The position numbers and the translations under genes were made by a program. Positions 9,150 through 18,760 of a DNA stretch of 64,000 nucleotides are shown here, in pieces. The stretch is from Trueperaceae bacterium (GTDB lineage: Bacteria; Deinococcota; Deinococci; Deinococcales; Trueperaceae), in contig JAXHNB010000008.1 in assembly GCA_034520945.1 (NCBI GenBank), forward strand, positions 1 to 64,000, read 5' to 3'. Numbering within the stretch: position 1 is the stretch's first letter; every line of letters begins with the position of its first letter. The notes below the pieces were generated by a model. It was given only the letters and a program-made list of their open reading frames with translations. It was not told the origin of the DNA and ran no database searches.

Positions 9150-10603
9150 GTTCGAACGCTTGGCAGGGACGACGTGTCCGTGGCGCGGGGCGCGGCCTCG
9201 TGACGGGGACGGTCGTCGCGGCCTGGATCTTGGCCGCCGCCGCGTGGGCGCAGCCGGCCGACTGGCCGCACCCCAGCGCAATGTCGTTCGACCCCGTCGA
9301 TTTCGAGCCGCTGGAGCCACGCCGGGAGGTGCTGGACAACGGCCTGGTGGTGTATCTGGCGGAGGATCCCGAGCTGCCGCTGGTGCAGGGCACCGCGTAC
9401 GTGGACGCCCCGGCGCTGTTCGACCCGCCCGACAAGACCGGCCTGTCCGCCTTCACCGCCAACCTGCTTCGCGAGGGGGGCGCGGGCGGACGCGCCCCGG
9501 ACGAACTGAACGAGGAACTGGAGTTCCTGGGGGCGCAGGTCGAGGCCAGCGCCGATGACGCCTTGGCGTCGGTGTCGTTCTCGGCGCTGCAGGACAACGT
9601 GGACGAGGTGCTGCCGATCTGGCGGGACGTGCTGGTCGCGCCCGACTTCGCCCCAGAGCGGGTGGAGGTGCAGCGGCAGCGCCAGTTGGAGTCGATCCGC
9701 CGGGTGGCGGACCAGCCGGTGCAGTTGGCGGTGCGCGAGTTCCAAGCGCGCGTGGCCGAAGGCCACCCGGCCGGCGCCTACCCGACCGAGGCCACCATTC
9801 AGAACATCACGCGCGAGGACCTACGCGCCTTCCACCAGGCGTACTACGCCCCTTCGTCGACGGTGCTGGCGGTGACGGGCGACTTCGACGCCGATCAGAT
9901 GCTGGCGCGCCTCGAACGGGTGTTCGGCGACTGGACCCACCAGGCCGAGCCGCCCCCGGAGCTACCCACGTTCGACCCAGACCCCGAAGCCAAGGTGTAC
10001 CTGGCGCAGAAGGACGTGCAGCAGTCGGTCCTCATCGTCGGCACGCCGGCCATGCCGGCCTACGACGCGCCGTACACGGCGTTCACGGCGGCCAATCACG
10101 TCCTTGGCGCGGGCGGGTTCACCAGCCGCCTGTTCCAGGAGATCCGCAGCCGCCGTGGGCTGGCGTACGCGACCGGTTCCGTGCTGACGCAGGGGTTCGA
10201 GGTACCCGGCGTGTTCCTCGCCTACGCCTTCACCCGCGCCGACGCCACCGCGCAGACGCTGCAACTGCTGCTGGACGAACTGCGCCGCATGCACCGGGAG
10301 GGCCCTTCGCCCGACGAGCTGGCTCGCAGCGTGGAGACGCTGGTGAACCAGTCGCTGTTCCGTGACACCTCGGTCGCCGCGCGGACCGAGCGGACCGCCC
10401 GCGTGGAACTGTTGGGCCTGCCGGCGGACTACTTCGAGCGTCACCTGGACCGCTTGCGCTCGCTCACACCCGAAGAGGCGCGCGAGGCGGTCCGGAACGT
10501 CTACGACCCCAAGGACCTGGTGATCCTGGTCCTGGGGGACGAGCAGAGCTTCGACCTGCCGCTCGACGACTTCGGGCCGGTGGAGCGGATCGAGGTGGAG
10601 TAG
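9146..10603 (+). CDS. M16 peptidase partner subunit, lacks HXXEH
   Basis: ATGA overlap; LDNGLVVYL, SRLFQEIRSRRGLAY motifs. Confidence 0.9.
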   Translation: MSSNAWQGRRVRGAGRGLVTGTVVAAWILAAAAWAQPADWPHPSAMSFDPVDFEPLEPRREVLDNGLVVYLAEDPELPLVQGTAYVDAPALFDPPDKTGLSAFTANLLREGGAGGRAPDELNEELEFLGAQVEASADDALASVSFSALQDNVDEVLPIWRDVLVAPDFAPERVEVQRQRQLESIRRVADQPVQLAVREFQARVAEGHPAGAYPTEATIQNITREDLRAFHQAYYAPSSTVLAVTGDFDADQMLARLERVFGDWTHQAEPPPELPTFDPDPEAKVYLAQKDVQQSVLIVGTPAMPAYDAPYTAFTAANHVLGAGGFTSRLFQEIRSRRGLAYATGSVLTQGFEVPGVFLAYAFTRADATAQTLQLLLDELRRMHREGPSPDELARSVETLVNQSLFRDTSVAARTERTARVELLGLPADYFERHLDRLRSLTPEEAREAVRNVYDPKDLVILVLGDEQSFDLPLDDFGPVERIEVE

Positions 10604-10729
10604 GGCGTATGGCGACGCATCCGGTCGTCGTGCCGGGATCGCGCTGCGGCACCGCTCCAGGCCGCGGAACGAGGGGGCGCCCCGGGCGGCTCTCTCCCTC
10701 GTGGGGAACGCCCTGAGCCGCCCCTATGG

Positions 10730-11761
10730 CTACGGGGTGGAATCCTCGCGCGTGTCGTCCTCGAACGACGCTACCTCCACGGGCCGGTCGTGATCCAGCG
10801 CGTACTGCGCGGCCAAGGCCAATCGCAGGCTCTTGCAGGCGTCGTCGGCGTCGGGCGTGAGCGGTTCGCCGCGCCTTACGCCGCGGACGAAGGCTGCGAG
10901 TTCCGCCTGGTACGCGCTTTCGAAGCGTTCCAGGAAATCGCGCGGGCGGTCGAAGCGTCCGCCGCCGGCGTCGTAGCGCGTCAGGGCGGGACGCCGGTCC
11001 ACCTCGACGTGCAGGCGGCCGTGCTCGCCCAGCACCTCGGCGCGGATCTCGTAGCCGTACGCGGTGCGCAGGCCGACCTCCAGCGTGCCGACGGCGCCGT
11101 TCTCGAACTGGAGCGTCGCGACCGCCGTGTCGCACAGGCCGTGCTCGGCCAGTTCCGGCAGCGCCAGCGCGCCTCCGATCGCGTGCACCCGCGCCACCTC
11201 GCCGACCAGAAATCGGGCGCTGTCCAGGTCGTGTCCCCCCATGTCGACCAGCAGGTCGCCGCTCCCGATCAGGTAGTCCAGCGGGGGTGGCGCGGGATCG
11301 CGCCCGATCCCCCGGAAGCCCTCCAACCGGCCGAGTTCGCCGGCGTCGATGCGCCGCCGGGCCTCGACGTACGGCGCGTCGTAGCGGCGTTGGTAGCCGA
11401 CCTGGACCGGCGCGCCGTGGCGACGGGCGGCCTGGGCCACCTCACGCGCCGCGCGGAGGGTGTCGGCGAGGGGCTTCTCGACGAACAGGGCGCGGCCGGC
11501 CTCGATCGCCTGCAACGCCAACGGGGCGTGCGTGGCCACGGGGGTGCTCACCACCACGGCCGGAACCTCGCGGCTGTCGCCGAGTTCGGCGGCGTCGCGG
11601 AGGGGCTGCGCGCCGAGGGGTTCCGCCACCTCGCGGGCGCGCCCCAGGTCGCCGTCCACCACCGCGACGACGCGGCATTCGGGAATGCGGCCCAACAGGC
11701 GGGCGTGCACGCCGCCCATGCGGCCGGCCCCGATCAGCGCCACCGGGAGTGGCGTGGTCAC
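10730..11761 (-). CDS. Gfo/Idh/MocA oxidoreductase (inositol 2-dehydrogenase-like)
   Basis: IGAGRMG, VEKP, GYQRRYD, DMGGHDLD motifs. Confidence 0.9.
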   Translation of the reverse strand: MTTPLPVALIGAGRMGGVHARLLGRIPECRVVAVVDGDLGRAREVAEPLGAQPLRDAAELGDSREVPAVVVSTPVATHAPLALQAIEAGRALFVEKPLADTLRAAREVAQAARRHGAPVQVGYQRRYDAPYVEARRRIDAGELGRLEGFRGIGRDPAPPPLDYLIGSGDLLVDMGGHDLDSARFLVGEVARVHAIGGALALPELAEHGLCDTAVATLQFENGAVGTLEVGLRTAYGYEIRAEVLGEHGRLHVEVDRRPALTRYDAGGGRFDRPRDFLERFESAYQAELAAFVRGVRRGEPLTPDADDACKSLRLALAAQYALDHDRPVEVASFEDDTREDSTP

Positions 11762-11996
11762 GGCCGTGCCACCGGCGGCGGAGGGTACGGCAAGACGAGC
11801 ATCGGCCTAGGCATGAGCACTCCCTTCGGGCTGGGAAAGACCGTTGTACACGGTTCGTTTGGCGTTCAGCGAGAATAGCCACCCGCCAGCGGGCTGTCAA
11901 CGCGTCGGCCTGCGGCGCGTGCCAGAAAGGACCGCGATATGGTTCCCGGGGGGCGGTCATGGGCCGCCCCGACGCCGCGCCCCAGGGAGGCCGCGC

Positions 11997-13331
11997 ATGC
12001 CCGACCCCACGAGGTCCGACCTCTCGACGCCCCTTCGCGCTGCGTCCGGCCCTGGCGCTGGAGAGTCCCGCGCGCCGGAACATCCCGAGCCGCCCCCGCG
12101 CGCGTTCGGGCCGGTGGCGGCCTCCAGGCGAATCGTCACCTTGGACGTGCTGCGCGGCTTCGCCCTGCTGGGGATCCTGCTGGTGAACGTGCCGTTGATG
12201 ATGCATCCGGTGCATCTGGAGGCGCTGGGGGCGGGGCCCGACGGGGGCCTCGACCGCGTCGCGCGTCTGCTGGTCGAGGCGCTGGCGGAGGGCAAGTTCT
12301 TCACGCTGTTCTCGCTATTGTTCGGCGTCGGGATGGCGATCCAGATGCAGCGCGCCGCGTCGCGGGGCGCGCCGTTCGTGCCGTTCTTCCTGCGGCGGAT
12401 GGGCACGCTGCTGGGGATCGGCGCAGCGCACGTGCTGCTGCTGTGGTGGGGGGACATCCTGGTGTACTACGCCGTGCTGGGCATGGCGGTGCTGCCGCTA
12501 CGCGCGGCCCCCGTGCCGCGGTTGCTGCGGCTGGCCGGCGGGGCGGTGCTGGTTCCGATCGCGCTGAACGCCGGCCTGTTCGGTCTGGGCCAGTTGGCCC
12601 AGACCACCCCGGAGGGCGCCGAGGCGTGGAGGGCGGGCATCGAGGCGTCCGTGGCCGATGCGCGCGTCGATGCGGACGTTGCCTACCAGACCTACGGCGC
12701 GACCGACTTCGGCGCGATGGTGATGCAGCGCGTGGCGGACTGGAGCTTCGCCACGATCGGCGTGACGGTGGGCGGCATGCTGTTCGTGGTGGCCGCGATG
12801 TTCCTGATCGGCATGGTCGTCGGTCGCCGCGGCGTGCTGCACGATCCGGGCGCACACCTGCCGCTGTTGCGGGGCGTCAGAGTGTGGGGCGGCCTGGTGG
12901 GCGTGCTGGGCACGGCCACCTGGATGGCCACCGGCACCACCGTTTCGATGGAGCCGACCCTGGCGGGACTGGTGTCGACCACCGGGTTCGTGCTGGGCGC
13001 GCCGGCCCTGTCGTTGGCGTACGCCGCGACGCTGACGTTGGCGCTGCGCGACCCACGTTGGCAGGCCCGCCTGCGCCCCTTGGCCGCGGTCGGCCGGTTG
13101 GCGCTCAGCAACTACCTGTTGCAGTCGCTGGTGGTCACCACGTTGGCGTACGGCTACGGCCTCGGCCTGTACGGGCAGATCGGCGCGGCGTGGAGCCTGG
13201 TGATCGCCCTGGTCGTGTTCGCGCTGCAGGTTCCGTTGAGCGTCGCCTGGACGCGGCGGTTCCGCTACGGACCGGTGGAGTGGCTGTGGCGCACCCTTTC
13301 GTACGGCCGCCCGCCACGGCCGTCCGCGTAG
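11997..13331 (+). CDS. DUF418 family membrane protein
   Basis: RIVTLDVLRGFALLGILLVN, KFFTLFSLLFG, GRLALSNYLLQS, GPVEWLWR. Confidence 0.9.
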   Translation: MPDPTRSDLSTPLRAASGPGAGESRAPEHPEPPPRAFGPVAASRRIVTLDVLRGFALLGILLVNVPLMMHPVHLEALGAGPDGGLDRVARLLVEALAEGKFFTLFSLLFGVGMAIQMQRAASRGAPFVPFFLRRMGTLLGIGAAHVLLLWWGDILVYYAVLGMAVLPLRAAPVPRLLRLAGGAVLVPIALNAGLFGLGQLAQTTPEGAEAWRAGIEASVADARVDADVAYQTYGATDFGAMVMQRVADWSFATIGVTVGGMLFVVAAMFLIGMVVGRRGVLHDPGAHLPLLRGVRVWGGLVGVLGTATWMATGTTVSMEPTLAGLVSTTGFVLGAPALSLAYAATLTLALRDPRWQARLRPLAAVGRLALSNYLLQSLVVTTLAYGYGLGLYGQIGAAWSLVIALVVFALQVPLSVAWTRRFRYGPVEWLWRTLSYGRPPRPSA

Positions 13332-13361
13332 CCGGCACGCCCCCCGGGCACTGCGCGTCGT

Positions 13362-13913
13362 TCACGGCCGGTAGGGCGTCACCTCGATCCGTTCCGCCAC
13401 GTCTGCACGGCTGAGTTGGTAGCCGTCGACGCGGTCGGCGCTGAGGTCCAGCACCAGGAAGGTGGGCGGCACCTCCGCGCGGGCCTTGGGGTCGTACCCC
13501 AGCAGCGAGCCGGGGTCGAGCCACCAACCGCCGTCGCTGCGTTCCACGCGGTAGCGGTGGTCGTGGCCGTACACCACCGCGGCGTACCGCGCCGTGTCCA
13601 TGGTGCGCGCCAGGGCGGGGAAGTGGTTCATCGCGACGGCCAGCCCGTCGAACGTCCCTTCGAACGCCTCGCCGTGCAGCTCGAGGTGAGCGTACGAGCG
13701 CGCCACGCGCTCCATGCGGAAGCGATCGCCGTCGTTGTTGCCGAACACCACGTGGATCGGGCCCGCCTCGTACCCCTCGGCCAGGATCGGCAACATGAAG
13801 GGAGAACACAGGTCGCCCGCGACCAGCAGCGCGTCGACCTGCTGCAGGCCGCTCAGTGCGGCCCGCAGGTTGCGCACCGAATCGTGGACGTCGGAGATGA
13901 TGCCGAGTTTCAT
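13362..13913 (-). CDS. YfcE-like metallophosphoesterase
   Basis: SDVHD, GDL, GNND, GHDH, PGS motifs. Confidence 0.9.
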   Translation of the reverse strand: MKLGIISDVHDSVRNLRAALSGLQQVDALLVAGDLCSPFMLPILAEGYEAGPIHVVFGNNDGDRFRMERVARSYAHLELHGEAFEGTFDGLAVAMNHFPALARTMDTARYAAVVYGHDHRYRVERSDGGWWLDPGSLLGYDPKARAEVPPTFLVLDLSADRVDGYQLSRADVAERIEVTPYRP

Positions 13914-13938
13914 GGGTCCTCCTCGTGGATGTGCGCAG

Positions 13939-15123
13939 CTACTTGACGCGGGTCCGTGGAATGGCCGCCGGCAGGCGACTGACGAACTCGTTGTTCATGG
14001 CGTGCGCGAAGTCGGAGAACGACTGCAGCGTGATGGCGTTGTTCTTCTGCCGGCCCACCAGCACCGCCGTGTCGCCGACCTGGACACCGGGGATGCGGGA
14101 GACGTCCACCATGAACACGTTCATGTTGATCAGTCCGATCACCGGCGCCTTCTTGCCTCGGATCAGGACGTGCCCGCGGTTGGAGAGGGCGCGCGGGTAG
14201 CCGTTGGCGTACCCGATCGGCAGGACGGCGACGGTCATGTCGCGCGGGGCCTGGTAGCTGGTGCCGTAGCCGATGAAGTCGTCCTTGGGCACCTCCTTGA
14301 TGTGCATGACGTCGGTCTCCCACGACAGCACGCGCTGCATGGGGTTGTCGCTGGACTTGCCGACCTGCATCAGGTGCATGTTGTAGATGTCCGGACTGGG
14401 CCAGAACCCGTACTGGGCGGTGCCGACGCGCACCATGTCCATCACCGTGTCGGGGAACGCCAGCGCGGCGGCGGAGCAGGCCGCGTGCCGCTTGGCAGGC
14501 AGCACCTTCGCCTTCTTGGCGCGCGCGTAGGCGGCCTCGAAGCGTTGCAGCTGCTTGACGATCCGGAACTGGTTGGCCAGCGTCTCGATCCCGGCGAAGT
14601 GCGTGCACATCCCTTCGAAGCGAAGGTGCTGGCGCTGGGCCTTGAGGTAGCTCAGCGCCTCGTCGAGGCGATCGAAGGGCAACCCGGTGCGGTTCCCGCC
14701 GGTCTCCACCTCCAGGTGGATCACGGCGGGCGTGCCGACCTCCGCGGCGACTCTCGCGGCGTCCTGCAGGCGGGGCAGGTCGAACACGAAGAACTCGATG
14801 CCGTTCTCGATCACCCAGGGCAGGTCCTCGGAATAGAGGATGCCCATGATCATGATGCGGGTGTCGTCGCGGCTGACCGCCCGGACCTCCTCCGCTTCGA
14901 AGCTGGACGCCACCGAGAAGTGCCGGATGCCGGCACGCTCCGCCATCGGCACGAACTGGGCGATGCCGTGCCCGAACGCGTTCGCTTTCACGACCGAGGA
15001 AATCACCGCATGGGGGCCGACCTTGCGGCGGATGAACTCCACGTTGGTCTTCACGGCCGACTGGCTGAGCGTGATGCGGGACGAGTGCCGAACCGAGCTG
15101 CGGGGCGCCACGGATGCGGTCAT
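13939..15123 (-). CDS. alr: Alanine racemase family PLP enzyme with atypical active-site motifs
   Basis: VVKANAFGHG PLP lysine, ETGGNRTG, THFA, DMVRVG, IGYG, PIGYANG. Confidence 0.9.
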   Translation of the reverse strand: MTASVAPRSSVRHSSRITLSQSAVKTNVEFIRRKVGPHAVISSVVKANAFGHGIAQFVPMAERAGIRHFSVASSFEAEEVRAVSRDDTRIMIMGILYSEDLPWVIENGIEFFVFDLPRLQDAARVAAEVGTPAVIHLEVETGGNRTGLPFDRLDEALSYLKAQRQHLRFEGMCTHFAGIETLANQFRIVKQLQRFEAAYARAKKAKVLPAKRHAACSAAALAFPDTVMDMVRVGTAQYGFWPSPDIYNMHLMQVGKSSDNPMQRVLSWETDVMHIKEVPKDDFIGYGTSYQAPRDMTVAVLPIGYANGYPRALSNRGHVLIRGKKAPVIGLINMNVFMVDVSRIPGVQVGDTAVLVGRQKNNAITLQSFSDFAHAMNNEFVSRLPAAIPRTRVK

Positions 15124-15273
15124 GCGCGACAGGCTAGCACCAGCTCGGAACGGGCGCTGTTGGGGCCCCGTGGTAGTCTGACGCCATACGCCGGCCCCCA
15201 GAGGGCCGCACGTTCGTCCCTCACGCTTCGTCTTGCGTCATCCTCGGCCCTTTGGTCGAAAGGAGTTCGACTC

Positions 15274-16494
15274 ATGTCTCATGCCGTCGCATTGCTCGGT
15301 TGGAGCCTGCCCGCCATCGAAGCCGCCCAGAAGCTCGGAAAACCGTTCGTGGTGGTGAGCTTCGCCGATTTTCAGGACTACGCCGACAAGCACGGCATCC
15401 CGTTCGTGGCGTGGGACTTCGCCGAGTGGAACGAAGAGATGAACTCGCTCACGCTGCACGAGCGGCTGGAACCGTTCGGCGCCAAGGTCGCCGTTCCCCT
15501 GTACGAGGAGACGGTGGAGTGGGCGGGCGCCCTCAACGCCCTCTACCGGGACGACCCCAAGGTGCACAACCGCTCGTTCCTGTTCCGCAACAAGGCCATC
15601 ATGAAGCGCAAGGCGCTCCTCTCGGGCCTACGGGTCGGCCTGTTCGAAGAGGTGACCGACAAGGCGGGGGTGCGGGCGTTCATGGACCGCGTCAACCAGG
15701 CCAACGCCAACACGCCGGGCGACCTGGACGCCTGGGTGCACCTCAAGCCGTTCGCGGCGATGGGTACGGTCGGGCATCGCCTGCTCCGGACCAAGCAGGA
15801 CATCGACGACAAACTGACCGAGGCCGACTTCCCGAGCCTGGTGGAGAGCCACCTGGCCGGGCGGGAGTTCTCGTGCGAGGCGTTCATCCACGACGGCAAG
15901 ATCCGCTTCCTGAACGTGACGGAGTACGTCAAGCTGGGCCACTCGAACTTCATTCCCGCCTCGCCGGAGCTGGCGTCCAAGCGGCCGATCATCGAGCGCG
16001 CCATGCAGCGCCTGGTGAAGGGGTTCGGCATCGAGTACGGCCTGATCCACCCCGAGTGGTTCCTCACCGAGGACGACGAGGTCAGTTTCGGGGAGGTCGC
16101 CAACCGCATTCCCGGCGGCCACATGTTCGAGTTGATGAACAAGGTGTACGGCTTCGACCCCTACCAGGCGCACATTTTGTGCAGCGACCCCGCCACCAGC
16201 GAAGACGAACTGGCGGCGGCGTTCCCCGCCCCGGACTACGTGCCCGACACCGTGGCGGGCTGTCTGATGGTCTACCCCAAGCCCGGCTACGTCAGCCGGT
16301 TGCAGGTGCCCGCCGAGCTCGAAGAGGACCCCTACTTCGAGGATCACACCCTGTTCGAGCCCAGCGCCCACAAGGTCGGCAGCGAACGCGAGGGGTACGG
16401 CAACCACTACGGCACGGTGTTCCTCAAGGGCGAGGACACCGGCCGCATGAAGGACCTGTTGACGCACTACGAAGGCGTCGACTTCTACGCGTGA
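15274..16494 (+). CDS. ATP-grasp carboxylate-amine ligase (L-amino-acid-ligase-like)
   Basis: RNKAIMK, LKP, ESHLAGREFSCE, HPEWF, FGEVANRIPGG; RBS AAGGAG. Confidence 0.85.
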   Translation: MSHAVALLGWSLPAIEAAQKLGKPFVVVSFADFQDYADKHGIPFVAWDFAEWNEEMNSLTLHERLEPFGAKVAVPLYEETVEWAGALNALYRDDPKVHNRSFLFRNKAIMKRKALLSGLRVGLFEEVTDKAGVRAFMDRVNQANANTPGDLDAWVHLKPFAAMGTVGHRLLRTKQDIDDKLTEADFPSLVESHLAGREFSCEAFIHDGKIRFLNVTEYVKLGHSNFIPASPELASKRPIIERAMQRLVKGFGIEYGLIHPEWFLTEDDEVSFGEVANRIPGGHMFELMNKVYGFDPYQAHILCSDPATSEDELAAAFPAPDYVPDTVAGCLMVYPKPGYVSRLQVPAELEEDPYFEDHTLFEPSAHKVGSEREGYGNHYGTVFLKGEDTGRMKDLLTHYEGVDFYA

Positions 16495-16579
16495 GGGCAA
16501 TCGAGGACGACGTGACGATGAAGCATCCGGTTGGGCTCCCTCTGCGCCCGACCGCCGTCCGGACCGCCGCGGCGTGCCC

Positions 16580-18544
16580 ATGAATCCGCGAGCGCTGGAG
16601 CGCTTCGATCGTGCGCTGGAGGCGCTGGCAGGCGCCACCGGCGTCGCCAAGCCCCTGTACCGTCCGAAGGTGTTGGCCAACAGCGAAGGCTTGCTTCGCG
16701 ATGTCGACGGCGCCTCGCACCTCTACGCGCGGGTCCCGGCCTTGATCGAGGCGGGCATGTTCGAAGACGGCCCCTGGGAGCGTCCCGACCGCCTGGTGCC
16801 CAGCCTGGTGGCCGGCACGTTGCGGGCCGGCGGCGAGACGACCCTCATGGAGCTTCTAAGCGAGCTGCGCATGTTGGCGTTGGCGACCGGCAAGGTTCAC
16901 CACCGGGAGGTCGACGTAGAACGCGCCACGGCCTTCCTGGAGGAGGTGATGGTCCTCAACCTGGACTTGGTGTTCCCCTCCGGGAGCGAGGCGGAGCGCC
17001 ACGACCCCCAGGCCGTCGTGGACAAGACACGGGTGCTGTTCGACCTGGTGTTGCAGCACGTGCCGTTGGACAGCGTGCAACGACGGTTGAGCCGCGAGGT
17101 CGACATGATCATGCACCAGCGGCCGATCGTGACGCAGCGTGCGCGGACCATGATCGCGTTCGCCCGTCGTCAGTTCCCCTTGGATCGCGACGATCCGGAC
17201 GACCAGGTGCTGTTGCGGTACATGGACGCGATCGACGGCCCCACGGCGCTGAGTCGCGAGCTGCCGGATCACGGCGCGTACGGCGAGGTGCTGGCAGCCG
17301 CCGAGGAGGACGTCGTCCAAGGTGAGGCGTGGGCGCTGGGCCGTTCGATGCTCGCCACCGGCTTGGTGAGCGCGCACCATGCCGTCCTGCTGCGGCAGGT
17401 GCGGGAGCACCCCGAGCTGGTGGCCAGCGCCCTGCAGCTGTCCGACGGCGGCCGGCAACAGTTGGCGGACCATCACGGCCTGATCGTCGAGATCATCGAC
17501 GCGGCCATTCACCCGGTCACGGAACAGGCCGTGCTGGGCCTGTCGGAGGCGTTGAACGCCGGCCTGTTCGCGCGGGCTCCGGTGCGTCAGGCGCTCAGCC
17601 GCCTGTCGACCCTCGACGTCCACCCCGAGGTCGCGGCCGACGTGTGCCACTCGGCTCCCGGCGACCTGCCCGCCCGGCACCTCCTGTTGGCCGACGCGCT
17701 AAGCGTGTTGGGGCAGCCCTTGGGGGTGAGCCAGGGCTGGAGCCCCACCTGCCAAAGCGCGCGCGGGATCAGCCTTTGGAGCCAGTACGCGCCCGGAAAG
17801 CTGCTGGACATGGTGATCACGGTCGCGCAGAGCAACCGCCTGGAGATGCGCTTCGAGAGCCACACGCTGGACTCCAGCACGCTCTCGGCCGGCCTGGCGA
17901 CCGAGATCGACTACAGCCTGGACGCCGTTTCCACCGTGCTGGTGCCGCACCTCGACCGGTTGTACAACCACATGATGAAGCTGGCCGGGTTGCGCGCCGA
18001 CGACCCGCACAAGTGGGTCAACCCGGCGCTGTACGGGCATTGGATCCCCACGGGGTTCTTCTCCGCGTTCGATCCCATCACGCAGAGCATCCAGAACTAC
18101 GACGCGTTCGTGCGGACCTTCTACGCCTCCCACCACCCCGGCTACAACGGCGGGCACGACCTGGCCTACCCCAGTCCGGTCGGCCTGTTCATCACCTCCG
18201 CCAGCGCGGACCTGCTGGGGTTCCACGCCGTCTCACTGCTGCGCGTCGCCGCGCCGGAGCCGGGGGGCGAGATGCGCGCCTACTTCCTGAACCCCAACGC
18301 CGAAGGGCGGCAGGACTGGGGCATGGGGGTCGAGCCGACCGTGCACGGGCACGGCGAGCGGCCAGGGGAGTCGTCGCTGCCGTTCGAGCACTTCGTCAGC
18401 CGCCTGTACGCCTACCACTACAACCCCAACGACTTGGGCGACACGGCCGCCGTGGGCCAAGGCGAGGTGGACCGCGTCACGCGGCAGGCCAAGGAGAGTT
18501 GGGGCACCGCCTACGTGTGGCCGACGACGTCCGTGCTGCAGTGA
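16580..18544 (+). CDS. Hypothetical cytoplasmic protein with putative papain-like C-terminal domain
   Basis: 654-aa ORF, strong coding character, no signal peptide; QGWSPTC, FHAVSLL, YFLNPN...DWG. Confidence 0.75.
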   Translation: MNPRALERFDRALEALAGATGVAKPLYRPKVLANSEGLLRDVDGASHLYARVPALIEAGMFEDGPWERPDRLVPSLVAGTLRAGGETTLMELLSELRMLALATGKVHHREVDVERATAFLEEVMVLNLDLVFPSGSEAERHDPQAVVDKTRVLFDLVLQHVPLDSVQRRLSREVDMIMHQRPIVTQRARTMIAFARRQFPLDRDDPDDQVLLRYMDAIDGPTALSRELPDHGAYGEVLAAAEEDVVQGEAWALGRSMLATGLVSAHHAVLLRQVREHPELVASALQLSDGGRQQLADHHGLIVEIIDAAIHPVTEQAVLGLSEALNAGLFARAPVRQALSRLSTLDVHPEVAADVCHSAPGDLPARHLLLADALSVLGQPLGVSQGWSPTCQSARGISLWSQYAPGKLLDMVITVAQSNRLEMRFESHTLDSSTLSAGLATEIDYSLDAVSTVLVPHLDRLYNHMMKLAGLRADDPHKWVNPALYGHWIPTGFFSAFDPITQSIQNYDAFVRTFYASHHPGYNGGHDLAYPSPVGLFITSASADLLGFHAVSLLRVAAPEPGGEMRAYFLNPNAEGRQDWGMGVEPTVHGHGERPGESSLPFEHFVSRLYAYHYNPNDLGDTAAVGQGEVDRVTRQAKESWGTAYVWPTTSVLQ

Positions 18545-18760
18545 GCTAGCCGTCGACTGGCCGCGTCGCCCCTCGCCTTCGCACCACACCGCTCGACCCT
18601 CCCACCGTGGAAGGGTTCAGGGTACCGGTGGATGTGAGTGGCATGGACGGGACTTCTCGGCGCGGCCGCGTGGCGTGCCTTCCGGCGGGCGGCGGTGACG
18701 ACCGCCTCCTGAGCGGGCGGCCTGCAGGCCGGCCTGCAGGCCCGCCGCGCCGAAGCGGCT

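Noticed and set aside
13714..15273. N-terminal extension making a 926-aa ATP-grasp protein
   Set aside because: Antisense shadow of alr. The real start at 15274 has an RBS.
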